A DNA stretch of 64,000 bases from Amoebidium appalachense (GCA_963693365.1 CAVNZM010000006.1:3596001-3660000), one strand, 5' to 3'. Shown: positions 1 to 14,237, numbered from the stretch's first letter. Translations and numbers: made by a program. Notes: generated by a model from the sequence alone, not told the origin.

Positions 1-17
1 AACTGTCCCCCACGCAG

Positions 18-95
18 GTTGTGCGTCGCAAGTGGAAGTACGAGTATATACTTGCTAGAGACAAGTACGGCAACGTCCACCCTAACTACGCCTAA
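18..95 (+). CDS. Probable terminal exon of a gene entering from upstream (VVRRKWKYEYILARDKYGNVHPNYA*)
   Basis: Acceptor ccccacgcag| at 15-17, then 25 non-repetitive codons ending in TAA at 93-95. The product cannot be identified. Confidence 0.55.
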   Translation, partial: VVRRKWKYEYILARDKYGNVHPNYA

Positions 96-903
96 GTTTG
101 TGCACGCGTCAGCTGGGCTGCACGCAAAATGATAGCTGAACTGTAACAGATGTGCAATGGGACATACAGGTGCAATGCGTTTGGAAACGTTTATTGTTAC
201 ATGTTTTGCATGTTATCAGCAAGTCACCCCCCTCCTCACTCCCCCTTCCCCACCACGTCTATTTTACATACAAACACATACGGCTTCGCTCGTGCGTGGT
301 GTGTGTCGAACGTGTTAGGCAGGCCACATGCATACTCGTGTGGGACATACACAGACACCTCAGAGGCCCCCCTCGACAAACGGTGAGCAAACACACACAG
401 ACACACTCTTCGCACCACGGCCCTATTTTCGCACCCAGCTTGAACATAGCCGGCCAGGCAGGCACCGGCGGGCAGCGAGCCAGGTCAAATCGGGTCGGGT
501 CGGTTCATTTCGGGTCGGGTCGAGCCAAGCGATGACCCGACCCGAATTGATTGGGGTCCGAAATTGGCCAAAAAAATTTATTGCGGCAATCGACGCGTCT
601 CGTCGAGCTGGTTCGAGCCACCGTTTCGGATTTTTTTTTAGAATTTTTTTTTTTTTTTTTTTTTTCGCGAAAAGTTTTTTGCGCGCTATAGAGACTAAGG
701 CCCATACATTTTTAGTTTTTTGAAACGTGCATAACGTTATGCTCAAACCTGCATAACGTTATACAATTTTACTTAGTTAATGTAAATTTGCCTCAAAAAA
801 TTCGTTAAAGTGCCATATACATACATACACATCGACTATATTAATACTCATACACATACATATACATACATACACATATGTGCAGCCCGTGCGCACACAC
901 ACA

Positions 904-944
<41 letters not shown>

Positions 945-1041
945 CATGTTATGACACACACCCAAACGCGCGGGCTCTCCACACGTCCCCCCCCCCCCTC
1001 TCCCCCCCGGCCTCCCCTTTTTCCACCCCCTTCCCCCCCAA

Positions 1042-1119
<78 letters not shown>

Positions 1120-1229
1120 GGCAAGTGTGCCTTACGTGCACACACCGCTGTGGTATGCATGCAATTTGAAAGCCACATGTGCCCCCAGGTAGCCAGAACC
1201 ACCATTGATTGGACTTTGTTTGTGTGTAA

Positions 1230-2252
1230 GGGCCTGTTTGGCAGCACCCCAATAATCGTATTCGTATTTAGGCCCTAAATACGATCTACCGTATTTACAA
1301 AATTTATCGTGGTATGCGTATTTAGGGCCTAAATACGGTTGGTGCCTTCCAAACGCTGTCAGGCGTGACTGGTCACATAAAATGTCGATACATGGTTCAC
1401 GAGATCTGATTGGCCCTATTCGCACCCATTGATCATCCTTCGGTATTCCATGCACTGGCTGACTGGTGCAGCTGTAGTCAGTATTACAGCGAACGGCAAA
1501 AACGAGTCATCGACAGTGAGTCTTGCTCTGTTTAACAATAGGTTAGAATGTCTGTTATTGAAGGGATACTGCCAGTTATTGCGGTGGCTAGCCTTGCTAG
1601 AGACCTCGTTTTACGTCACCAACGTTCGTCCCTGGCATTCCCCACATATCTGAACACATAATGAATATTAAAATTTGTCCTTATGCAGTACTCGTCGTGC
1701 CTGCATGTCACCAATTTTGTACATGTATGAACCTTTGGTTGTTTTTATTAATGCATATATCGGAGTCCAGCATTGTTTCAATGATTATTATGGCACATAT
1801 ATACAGTCTGAGCTTGTTATCATGCACCGTGTAGGGTTCCTCGTTTTCTGTCTTACCTGTGCAGCCCAAATTCATGTGCAAATTTTAACTGAGCATGTAC
1901 ACAAAATGACGTGTATGACACCGACCTTCTTTTTAACATTGAATGGTTCACGTGCATGCGCCGGCATGCGTACTGTAGTAAAAATGTGCCCGCCGCGGCT
2001 TACGCTGTACCATTGGCTAGCTGATAGCCAATAAATGATGCGAAATGCTCTGATTGGCTAATTTCCTATATCGTATTTACGAAAATCACCTCCGGAGGTG
2101 ATTTTCGTAAATACGATATAAAAGCGATCCCTATCGTATTTACAAAAAATAAGCCCGCGGTGTGTTTGGCATGCCACGGGATCGTATACGTATTTAGGCC
2201 CTAAATACGAATACGATAAAAAACCGTATTTAGCGCGCTACCAAACAGGCCC
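1230..2252. mobile_element. Non-autonomous PIF/Harbinger (Tourist-like) element, ~1.02 kb
   Basis: TIR GGGCCTGTTTGG (1230-1241) and CCAAACAGGCCC (2241-2252), with a TAA target-site duplication at 1227-1229 and 2253-2255. CGTATTTA/TAAATACG subterminal motifs recur at both ends. No transposase ORF. Confidence 0.9.
2067..2120. repeat. Perfect 54-bp palindrome inside the Harbinger MITE
   Basis: tatatcgtatttacgaaaatcacctcc|ggaggtgattttcgtaaatacgatata; the arms are exact reverse complements with no spacer. Confidence 0.95.
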
Positions 2253-2346
2253 TAAGATTAGTGTTTGGAAGTTTTGTTTGAGATGACTGCCCGTAAGCTA
2301 GCATTATAGTGTCGTCCTCTTTTATACGAAAAGAAGTGCCCGCCCC

Positions 2347-2384
<38 letters not shown>

Positions 2385-2522
2385 CGTGGCCCGGTAACGT
2401 CAACCCACCCCAAGTAAAAATTTAAGATCTTTTAGGCTATGGTCCTTGAAAAATTAGAATTATTAGCACCTATTTTCAAAGTACTAATGATCTTATTTTC
2501 AAAGTACTAATGATCTTAATTT

Positions 2523-2613
<91 letters not shown>

Positions 2614-2790
2614 CACGCAAACACACACACACACACCACAGTCACACAACCTATACACACTGCCACCCGTGGCACACACATGCAAAGTTCACACGTACAC
2701 ACAGATCTGCATCCATATTCGCACACACAGAGATGCGTATATAAGGAAGTCAGAGGAGACTCCGGCTGCCCACATCATCATCCCCACCCA

Positions 2791-2842
<52 letters not shown>

Positions 2843-3049
2843 ACACACCCCCCATGTTTTCCCTCCAAGCTCGGTAGCTCCTAGGATCTTTATTCCCCCA
2901 AAAAAGTTAGTACTATTATCTTATAAGTGAATTATCTTGATCCTGAATGACCCCTGATTGTGTGTCGGTGTGTGTACTTCAAGGTGTTATATTACTTTAT
3001 TTTATTTTGCAAAGTTTATCTTTTTCGCGGGGGTTGCTATTCGATGGTG

Positions 3050-3115
<66 letters not shown>

Positions 3116-3435
3116 GACAGATATCGATTTGCGCTTTTCTTTCTTTCTTTTCTTTTCCCCCCCCTTTTTTTTCCCTCGCTCTTTTTTCCTTTTTCCCGGT
3201 GTGCTTCACATTATATTTTTAATGGGGGTGAAAGAAGGCAGGAGTCTTGCAGATAATACATAGTAGCAAGTAAGCCACAAAAATATTTACCATCAATACT
3301 CCCTACGTGTTGTTCAGAGTCTTTAATAACGGGCGCTTACTATTATTTTAGATCGAAACCAGTTCGATTGGATCACCCATCTAAGAAAACTGCGTAAAAT
3401 CGAGAGCAACCCCTACTTGCGCATGGATGCATATT

Positions 3436-3469
<34 letters not shown>

Positions 3470-3816
3470 CGCGCGCGCGAGCATGTGGCTATTAAACCAC
3501 CTAATGGTGCTATGTAGGTGTATCAACAATCAGTATTCACATGCTCACACCAGAACCAACCTCAAGGAACACAAGCAAGCTAGCCTTAGGGCTAGCATTC
3601 AACATCAGCTACAATTCTATTCAGGTTTCATATTTCAAATGCAATCGGATTCGGCTACTCATATTTGGATCGATTATCGATGACTATCACTCACTTGCGC
3701 AATCACCAAATATGGGATGCATCCCGGGCAATACGTCTTTTCTGTGAGCCAGCGTTTATTCATTTCAAACTGATCTGCATAGGTTGCTTTAACGACTAAG
3801 CTCTAGGGGTTCAAGC

Positions 3817-3993
3817 AGACTACGTACCCTGACAGACCATTGAATTTAGCCCGACTATCGGCTGGACTTTCAATCTGAAATGACGTCACACTGTTTACTA
3901 CCATAACGGGCAATGAAAAACTGTGACGTCCTTTCAGACGGAAAGCCAGCCAGCAGTCGGCTAACTTCAGTAGTCTTACGGGGTACGTAGTCT
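3817..3993. mobile_element. Foldback element / MITE-like long hairpin
   Basis: AGACTACGTACCC (3817) and GGGTACGTAGTCT (ending 3993), with internal imperfect pairing (ttagcccgact/agtcggctaa, tctgaaa/tttcaga, gacgtcaca/tgtgacgtc). No clear TSD. Confidence 0.7.
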
Positions 3994-4094
3994 TTATCGA
4001 ACCGTTTCTCCTTAAGCGCCCTAACGTTCATGATCGGCCCAAACACGGCACACTCACACCTGCATGCCAGGGCTAAATATCATCCAATCAACAT

Positions 4095-4556
4095 TCACGA
4101 TAGTGCCAAATTCGTAACAAATTCATTAAAGTCCTTGAACGCGAGCGTAAGATCCTCCACTGGCTCCCCCCGGTCCTTTTGTTTCGAAATTTCCAAAAAC
4201 ACGTTTTTTCCAATCATTTCCCGGACCTTTTCCCCGTATCTCGTCTCGAACTCAGCAATCACCTTCTCCGCGTAACCCTTCAACGCCTCCTGCGGCACGT
4301 TTTTGTCCCGGAAATGAAACAGCCCCACCGTTACCGTGTCATTCTTTCTCATAATTAATTCCAAACCCTGTCCCCCGGGTTTTCTTGCCCCTTTTGGTTC
4401 TTTTGCGCGCAATCTCATTGAGCTAACCTGTGATCGGTATGTGCCTGAGAGAGGGCCCGTGGTGTGTGGGACAACGATCGGGTCGTCCATTCGTGGCTCG
4501 TCAAAGACTACTCGGTCCACATATGGCTGGTCGAAGGAGCTGGCAAACTGCGTCAG

Positions 4557-4645
<89 letters not shown>

Positions 4646-4731
4646 TTGAAGGGAAGGGGGGAGAGGGGGGGTTGCTGTGTGTGAGCGTGTTTGTATGTGC
4701 ATTGGTGAGAGGGGTGGGTGAGCGGGTGTTT

Positions 4732-4762
<31 letters not shown>

Positions 4763-4914
4763 GGGGGAGAGAAGGGGGGGGGGGGGGGGGGGGGGTTTGT
4801 TAGAGACACACATCTATGACGGACAAAAGAGGGCCGATTGCAACTCACACATTGAGTATGCATCATAAGCAGAGCCCATCATCAAGGGGGACCAAGACAC
4901 AGGAAGGGGGGAAG

Positions 4915-4952
<38 letters not shown>

Positions 4953-5229
4953 GGCGGGGAGAGAGAGTGAGAGAGAGAGGGAAAGAGAGAGGAAGTCCGT
5001 GAAACGGACGTGTGTGTGTGTGTACGTGTGAGCATACATAGTTGCAATCGGGGGAGAGCTTGAGGGAGGGGAGGAAGAGGGGGGGGGGGGAGGCAAGAAA
5101 GCAAGAACTTGATCAAGCAAGAGCATGATCACGTCTACTTGTGTACTTGTTTTTTAGCTGCTTAGGAGAGTGAGGCAGAGAGATATGTACAAAAAAAGGG
5201 GAAATGGGGAAGGTGTGGACAAAAGAGAG

Positions 5230-5260
<31 letters not shown>

Positions 5261-5947
5261 GAGGGGGTTTCGGCGGTATGGACGAATCAAGGTGGGCAGC
5301 TAAGAGGGGAAGGGAGAGGGGGAGGGTGGGTGGGTGGGTGGGGTAAATGGGGAACACTTGGGGTGGATGTGTGAGGGGTGCATTAGAGCTGGTTTTGTCT
5401 GGGATGGGAGGGGGGAGGGGGGGGGGGGGAGGGGGGAGGGGAAGGGGAGGGGGTGAGAGTCAAGTCGGTTCGTTCACTTATGACAAGGGCTACAATAGAG
5501 CCCCCCCCGGGAACCACCCACAGAGAGTATTTCATCTATAAACACCTCATTCTGGCTCGTTTATTTATTACTCACACGCACAGGCACACCCAGTATATAT
5601 CCGCCGCAACAGGCACACATACACACACATTGCACACACACACGTGCACACACGCACAAGCATCAAGACCCAACAAGACCCACACAGCCCCAGACCTACA
5701 AACACATCTGCATCAACTTCCTGCAAGGAGGAGGCGGGAGAGCGGGGGGAGGGGGGGGGGGGGTAGAAGGGGGAGAGAGAGGGGGGTTTGAATGCGTCAT
5801 AACGTACGAAGTACACAAGAACAACGGATAACACGATTCAGAATGCAAACCATACATAAAGAGATTGCATAATAAGCAGAGCCCGTGGGGGAGGGGGAGG
5901 GGAAGGGGGAGGGGGAGGGGGAGGGGGAGGCGGGAGAGGGGGGGGGG

Positions 5948-6027
<80 letters not shown>

Positions 6028-6400
6028 TGTGTGTGTGAGTGTGAGTGAGTGAGTGAGAGAGAACGAGACTGTCATGCAGACGACAAACCTTTAGGGAGGG
6101 GACCGGGAGGGGCCGGGGGGGGGGGGGGGGGGGAAGGGAGGGTCAGGAAGAGGAAGGGGAAGGGGAGGGGGGGGAAGCGGGGTCTTTGCATACACCGACC
6201 TTTAATCATCCTGCAAGCAAGGTCCGTATTCCGTCCCTCACTCTTTTCATCGAATATCTCTTGCAGCTGCTCACTACTCCCCTGGTTCTCCCTCTTCCAT
6301 GCCCATATATGGTCATACAGCGGTATCCCAAATCCCCCCTCCAGCACACACAATCGGCTTAAAACCCTGGGCCGGCGGCCCTGGGGAAGAGTCCCTGATT
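4095..6400 (-). CDS. Longin-fold-like protein, last two exons (~6400-6200 and 4558-4095); 5' exons unresolved, possibly up to ~8500
   Basis: The phase-1 join AAAG|gtcggt...cacacag|TTCTG gives ...LCVLEGGFGIPLYDHIW...LACRMIKVLTQFASSFDQPYVDRVVFDE...ALKGYAEKVIAEFETRYG...FKDFNEFV*. The G-x-P-L-Y strand, central helix and C-terminal F..F helix pattern resemble longin domains (inference). Confidence 0.6.
4796..4896 (-). mobile_element. Degenerate SINE-like family copy
   Basis: Contains gagtatgcatcataagcagagcccatcatcaagggg and is flanked by G-runs on the + strand. Confidence 0.65.
5787..5884 (-). mobile_element. SINE-like family copy (subtype A, 5'-truncated)
   Basis: tttgaatgcgtcataacgtacgaagtacac...cggataacacga...gcataataagcagagccc, between G-runs. 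Confidence 0.85.
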
Positions 6401-6779
6401 CCTCCAGTCTTACGTAAGGCCAAAAAGGCCGGGCGACCAATCGGCAGGATGATTGCGAGGTGGGGCCAAAAAAAAAAAAAAAAAAAGAAGATTCTGGTAA
6501 GGGGGGAACCATCAGTTATCTAGCTGGATGCGACTTAGTAATTGTGTACTGAGGTAGTACCGAGGGGTTGAATGGCAAGAAATATGGGGAGGGGGGAGGG
6601 GGGAGGGGGGAGGGGGGGGGGTAGGGGGGGGGGGGGGGGGGGGGGGGGGTGTTGTTTGTGGTGTGGATATCTGTAGATGTGGGAAAAGAAGGGGATTGGT
6701 GAATGCAAATTGATGCATGCATCAGTGTGTGCCTGTATACAAGAGATGGAAGAGGGCGGGCGGGCGGGCGGGCGGGGGG

Positions 6780-6818
<39 letters not shown>

Positions 6819-7370
6819 GGAGGAGGAGGAGTAGGAGAAAAGAGGAGGATACGAGTGATTGGGGAGTTACGTATAAGGGAGGCGGGAGGGAGTGAAGCGA
6901 ATGCGTGGAAGAGATGAAAAAAGAAATGCTTTTAATATTAGAATGCCCGAAGGTAATCAAACCGTGGGAAGGCGTGGGCGGAAGAATAGCTCTTAAACTA
7001 GTTCAATGGACAAAAGCACCAAACACTTGATGCGTGCTGGGGGTAAAGGGAGGACGGAAGGGTGTGAGTGAGTGAGTAACGGAGGGACGGGGAGGGGGGG
7101 GGAGGGGGGGGGGGGAGGGGGGGAGGGGGTGGGGGAGGGGAGAGGGAAAGGGGGAAGTGAGGCGAGAGCACCCATGCTGGGGAATTCGGGAAGCAAACAG
7201 TGGTGTGAGGAGTAGGAAACGAAAGAAATGGCGCAACGGCTAGCAAAGGGGGGGCTGTTGTGGGGAATGTGGTGAGAGATTGGCAGAGGGGGAAAGGGCG
7301 AGAGGGATGTAGAGGGAGAGAGAGAGAGAAAGAGAGAGCGGGGGGAGGGGGGGGGGGGGGGGGGGGGGGG

Positions 7371-7412
<42 letters not shown>

Positions 7413-7595
7413 GAGAGGGGGGGGGGGGGTAGATGGATAGATAGAGCCTGCGAGAGGAGGGGGGGTGAGGGGGGGGGGGGGGGGGGGGGAGAGAGAGAGA
7501 GAGAGAGAGAGAGCGAGAACGGGCGAGAGGAAAGGGGAGTGAAGGAGGGAGGGGGGGAGGGGGAGATGGAGCGAGAGAGAGAGAGGCGGGGGAGG

Positions 7596-7652
<57 letters not shown>

Positions 7653-8858
7653 AAATACATGCCTGGGGGGGGGGGGGGGAGAGGGGGAGAGGGAGTCAGA
7701 CAAACAGGCAGAGAGAAAGATTGAGAGAGAGAGGGGGGGGGGGGGGGGGGGGGGAGAGAGAGAGAGAGAGAGAATGTGTGTGTGTGTGTGTGTGAGGGAG
7801 AGAGAGAGAGAAAGAGAGAGACAAAGCTACAGGGAGAGACGAAGGAAGACAGAAAGCGCCGTACTTCTGTAATAGCAGAGACATGCACAGCTTAAGCAAA
7901 CCGGGAAAAGGAAAACAGGAAAAGTGGTCAAGAAACAGGAGGGTGTAGCTGTAGTAGGAGAGACAAAGGCAACAAGCAACAAGCCGCTGGGGGGGCAATC
8001 AGGTAAATTGTAAGCAAGGGCCGAGTTAGGGAGGGAGGGGGGAGGGAGAGGGGGGAGTGGGGAGGAGCAGAAATGCAACCATGCGAAACCCCGAAAACCG
8101 GTCCGTGCGTGTGTGTAAGCGTGTGTGTGTAGGATGGAGGGGGGAGGGGGAAGGGGAGAGAGAGAGGGGGGGATGAGGGGAGCGAGGGAGGCGGGAATCA
8201 AAGGGCGGAGGGTCGGGGCAAACTGAAAATGTTGGGAGGCAGGAGGAGAACCGGGGGGGGGGGGGAAGACGGTATGCGATCTAAACTATAGGGAAGCACG
8301 CCGGAAAAGACACTCAAGCCTTGCAAGCACTGCTCTGCGTCGGGTTAAACATTTTTCCTGTGTTCGTTAGAGTTGGACAGGAAGGTCGTACCTTGAAAGC
8401 TGCTGTCGGAAGGGAAGCGCCTTACTCCCACTTTCGGGATGCTCCAGGTTTTAATGCTTGGATATAAGTAGGCTGCTCATATATTACAGCAAACCAAAAA
8501 AACTCTCAGCTATCCGTGGAAAGGAAAGCGTATTGGAGTTGGAGCCCTGAGGTCACGCTATGCTAGTCTGTACTCCTTAGTCTTTATATGAGTGTGTAGT
8601 GACCACCTCACTCTATGTATAGGGTTTGATTAAGGCAATTTGGGCCTAAAAACTTCACAAACGCCCTTTTTCTTCACACTCTCGACAGTCAAATGAATAA
8701 ACAAAATAAACATGAGGGTTTAGGGGTTTCGGGAGGTTGTGCTGTTATGCGCACACGGCACGCAAGCTGAAAGTTTCGAAGCTTATAAGGTTAAACGAAT
8801 GTGTGCGGGGTCGAAATACTTGGAATGGTTCAAGCCCTTCTGGCGGGAACTTTGAAAT

Positions 8859-9014
8859 CAGGGATTGCACTACGAATCGTATTGACCCAATTTAGAAAAA
8901 CCCGCAATGCGATTAAGAAAGGGTATTTAAGTGGTAAATACGACCGTCAGGGTTGTAAAAACCCCTGAATTTTGTCCAAATACGATTAAGAGCGCAAAAC
9001 CCGGGCAATCCCTG
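8859..9014. mobile_element. hAT-type MITE, 156 bp
   Basis: TIR CAGGGATTGC (8859-8868) / GCAATCCCTG (9005-9014); flanking 8-mers tttgaaat / tttgaaaa (7/8 identical TSD); internal AATACGA/TCGTATT motifs. Confidence 0.8.
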
Positions 9015-9705
9015 TTTGAAAATTTGAAAATTGACGTTTGATTGGTTCACCTAAAATATCAATTGTTGATTGGCTGACGGCACCCACACAGTCACAAACC
9101 GTTAAACTGCCACACCCACGTGCACTCTACAAAACGTGTGCACTAACGCTAACAGTGACGCATGTGCGTTTCAAACAGGAGAATACCAACATTACTACGT
9201 ACATAAGGCATATGCACACACCTATTCGCATTATTTGTACGCACCACGCGTCGCTATATCGGATATCATGGGGCACACACTCATGATCAGGAGCCAGCAC
9301 ATGCATATGCGGTACGGCTATATTAGCTTGGCAGCCTGATCGAGTCGTCCGCGTATCAAAAGCCAGCTGTCTCTGCAGCCTGCAGCTGACGTGTGGGCAC
9401 ATGCACGCACGTACGTACCGCAGGCTGAGCAACACAACGGTTGTAAAACGTGCACTGCTGCAGGTGGTGTGGGCCTGAACCAGCATGTCAATATGGAACA
9501 AAACTTTTGGATCACGGTAGAAAGTACGGACTAATATAATGATTGTTTCTTTTTTTTTCTTTTTTATTTTCTTGTCCCGTTTTCCTTTCAAATTTGACAT
9601 TCATCATAACCCCCTTAGTCAATCTTGTATCTCTTGCAAACCTTGCCGTCCTTGAAATGGGTTGAGTACACTACATGCATGCGGGGGTCTCACAAGAAAA
9701 GATGG

Positions 9706-9744
<39 letters not shown>

Positions 9745-10107
9745 AGATCGATATCCATACCCAGTGCCCCGTTAAAAAAGTAAGGTCAGACTATATTTAT
9801 AACAACCTTGCAATCGGAAGGCCCTCCAACGATTACTTTGCCTACTTTTCTCAGTCGAATGTACACAAAGTTGAATCACCGACGCAAACTGAAACAGTAT
9901 TGTATTATACACGGGCATGCAGTGTTAGTAATTGCGAAACAAAGCACATACAAAAGAACTCAGAAATCATCCTGGAATAGTAACATCTAATATTAATCAG
10001 TTACATACCTCTGGTTGTAAGTTTATATCAATACCAGATCAAGTAGAAGCCCACAATCAAAAAATATTGGAAGCATAAATAGTCAAGAGTTAATTAATGA
10101 CCCCCCC

Positions 10108-10138
<31 letters not shown>

Positions 10139-10456
10139 AAAAAAAAAAAAAAAAAACACGCACACACACCTTCTCTCCCTCCCCATAGACACTACATACG
10201 CATGAAAAGAAATACATGAGAATATACCTAATTCTAGTGTGGGTCCGTCATTTACTGTGAGCTGATTCATAACAGCGCATTCCAGATTGCACATCTTGCT
10301 TTTTGCCAACCACTTTAAACAGAAAAAATTACTTCACACGCACCCCCCCCCCCCCCCCCCCGTACACCCCCCATCCCCCTCCCTCCCTCTCACCCCCGCC
10401 GCCGCACCCACGCCCTCTCGCAGCCACACACGCACACATGCACCTGCACACAGACA

Positions 10457-10501
<45 letters not shown>

Positions 10502-10537
10502 CCAGGCACATTTCCGCCTGCGTCGCACACAAAGTCT

Positions 10538-10657
10538 CTACGAGTCCTTCCGTATCTTCTTGAATTCCTCCAGTAGCTCCCTCTGTTTTCGATTCAGCGA
10601 CCTGCACCCCAACAAATCAGAGTAAGTAACTCCTTTCGTCATCATGATTGCTGTCCC

Positions 10658-10711
<54 letters not shown>

Positions 10712-10771
10712 CCCTTCTCAACCCCCCCCCCCCCCAAAAAAAAAAAAACGAAAAAAAAATAAAGAAAAAAG

Positions 10772-10828
<57 letters not shown>

Positions 10829-10838
10829 CGCGCACATA

Positions 10839-10872
<34 letters not shown>

Positions 10873-11162
10873 CCCTCCCGCTGCCCCTCCAAACAAGTAA
10901 AAATGAAGCAAAAATACACACAGAAAACCCCAACCATTTCTGCCTTTCATTCCTGTTACCTCTTGAGTGCCCCGCCACATGAACAACAAAGAACACACAC
11001 ACAGACACAATATTAACGAACGAGGTATGGACACCTGCACATGCAAAGGTAAACGAATACACATCAGCTCACCAACAAACTCTCTCTCTCTCTCTCAGCA
11101 TGCGCTTGTGTAGGTGTGCTTGCGCGTTGCTACACATAAACACACGCACCCACGCACCCGCG

Positions 11163-11243
<81 letters not shown>

Positions 11244-11436
11244 TCACCCTCTCTCTCTCTTTCTCTCTCTATCTCTATCTCTCCCCCCCTCCCCCCCCCC
11301 CTCTCTCTCTATTGTGCATGCTTGGCAACGCACATGTAAACCGAAACCTCTGTGTATAAAGTTCTGTTGATGTTTGTTCTGTTGATGTTTGTTGGCAGTC
11401 ACACACCCAAACCCACAACCAACAATCAAGCAAAAC

Positions 11437-11481
<45 letters not shown>

Positions 11482-12179
11482 AGCCCAAACACACACACAC
11501 CTCGGTATTCTGACGACCACCTCTACAAAATGGTCTCCCTTGTCTCCGTTTGGTTTCTTTAACCCTTTGCCTCGCAGCCTCAAGCGGTCACCCGGCTGTG
11601 TCCCTGCTGGAATCTGAAACACAACCAATCAGCATCTAGCATTAACCCCCCCCCCCCCCCCCCCCTTGGAACTTTCAGTTCACTTTCTGCACAGTTATGG
11701 AGCTAGCATAGTATTCACCCCCCCCCCCCCCCCTTCTCCACCACAAACACACCAAATAGCACTCAAGATGATATAATAATCTTTTTCACCCTCCAGCTGC
11801 CATCCTCCTAGTTCATAATCCCCCCCCCCCCCCCCCCCTCCCCCTCCCCCCTACACACACACACACACACACACACACCGACTAAACGAAGATAAACACT
11901 ATGCTGAATTGAAGTCCCTCCGCCCTCCTACAACCCCTTGTTGAAGCAACACCTCCCCCCCCCCCCCCACACACACACCCAAAAGAACCCCATCAGCCCA
12001 TTCACACAGGCAAACCCATCCACCCACCCACCCATCCACCCACCCCCCCCTCACACACAGACACACACACGCATGCACACACACACACAGACACTCTGAA
12101 AGAACAGCAAGCATGATGACAAATTGAAGTTCCTGCTCCTTAGCGCTCCTACAGCCCCTTTTTCAAGCACCTCCTAACA

Positions 12180-12224
<45 letters not shown>

Positions 12225-13857
12225 ACACCTCCCCACCTCTCTAACAACAGTCAGTACCCTCCTCCCCACCTTCCCCCATCACCCACCTATACCCTGCCGC
12301 CAACCTCAACAAATTCCCCTCCCTCCTCCCTCCTCCTCCCCCCCCCCCTCTCCTCCCTCCACCCCCTCCCCCTGCTTCCCCCCCCCCCTCTTCCCCCTCC
12401 CCCGCGTCTTCCCCCCCCCCCCCCACACACCCCACCCCCCTTTTCCTCCTCCCCCCCCCCCCCAGCCTCCTCTTCCCCCCCCTCCCCCCCCCCCCCCCTT
12501 ACCTTGAGGACAACCTCCCCATCTACCAGCTTGGCCCTTGACTCTGTGCCCAGTGCCGCATCCACCATATCCACAACTTGTCTGCTGGTGATGTCGGCAC
12601 CCTCCCGCTCAAACTCACTGCTAGGTTGCACCTGCACAAGCACGTGCACACACACAGATGGGTTAGTATGAAACGTGAATATATCACCTCATACCCCCCG
12701 CTCCCCCCCCCCCCCCACACACAAACACACACACACACACAACACACACAGACATGCAATCAAGACTCCCTGCTCATCCCCCCCCCCCCCCCCCCCAAAA
12801 AAAAAAAAAAAAAAAAACTCAGTTTCCTGCTTTCCCATATACAATCCCCCTCCCTCCCTCCCCCCCCCCCCAAAAAAAAAAAAAAGCCACACACGTGTAC
12901 ACCAACACACGAACACACACAACATGTTAAGGGGAAAAGAAAGGGCCATCTGAGCCCACCCACCCTGCTCACCAACATCTCCTACACCAAGCTCAAACTC
13001 TCCACAAACATCCTTCGGGCCAACAGGGTTTTACTGCACCACACACCACATACACCCCAATAACATGTAAAAAATAGAGAAAGCAAATGACATGCACCAC
13101 ATATCAAAGATAGCCCCAAAACACGACATACATTAGAAGCAGGCAACACACATGCGGCAAAGGGTGTGCGGGGGGAGGGGGGGGGGGGGGGGGAGGGAAG
13201 TTCAACACTACAAGGCGGTGTGTGTGTGGAGACACGGTGGCAAGGGCAGAATGTTTTTTATTTATTTATTTATTTTTTATTTTTTTTTTGGGGGGGGGTG
13301 GGGGGGGGGGGGGGGGGGGGGGGGGGAAGAAAGAGAGAGAGGGGGAGAGAGAAAGTGTGTGTCGATGAGGGAGAAAGAGAAAACCCTAAGAGAGAGAGAA
13401 TGAGGTGTGGAGAGAGAAAGTGTGTGGGGGGCCCGAGGAGAGAGAGTCAGAGGGATGGGAGGGAGTGTGAGGGGAAAAGCAAAGAGTGAGGACAGAGAGA
13501 AGGGGGAGTGTGGAGGGGGAGAGAGTGTGTGAGGGGAAATAGAGGAAGTGTGAGGGTGATAGGGAGAGAGTGTGGAGGAGAAAGAGAATGAGCGAGAGAC
13601 GGGAAAGAGCAGAGTGTGAAGCGGCGCAAGAAAAGGGTAAGTGGTAGGAAAGGGGGGGAGAGAGCGAGGGGGCGAAAGGGAGACATTCAGAAGGGAAGGG
13701 GCAAGAGACAGAGCAGTGAAAGTGGAGAAAGGGAAGGGAGAAGGTGATTAGCGAGAGAGCAAGAGGGGAGGAGGGAAAAAAGAGAATGAGGAGACAGAGA
13801 GGGAGTGAGCGAGGAGAAGAGAGAGAAGGAGGGGGGTAGGTCGGTGGGTTGGGCGGG

Positions 13858-13891
<34 letters not shown>

Positions 13892-14093
13892 GTGAAGAGG
13901 TAATAAGGGGGAGAGCGTGAGGTGGGCAGACCAAAAGTCAGTGGGGAAAGAGCGAGAGAGCAAGGGGAAAGGAAGAAAGAGTGCGAGGGGTAAATGCATA
14001 CCTGAATCTGCAAAATGACGTCACCAGGTGGGGTGCCGGGGGGCCCGACATCTCCCTTTCCGTTCAGCAGCAAATTGGTGTTGCTCTCAATGC

Positions 14094-14160
<67 letters not shown>

Positions 14161-14195
14161 CACACAGAGATGACAGATACACACGCACACACACG

Positions 14196-14237
<42 letters not shown>

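Noticed and set aside
5100-5160. Possible extra exon of the longin-like gene
   Set aside because: The flanking exons already join in phase (6200 to 4558) to give a coherent helix.
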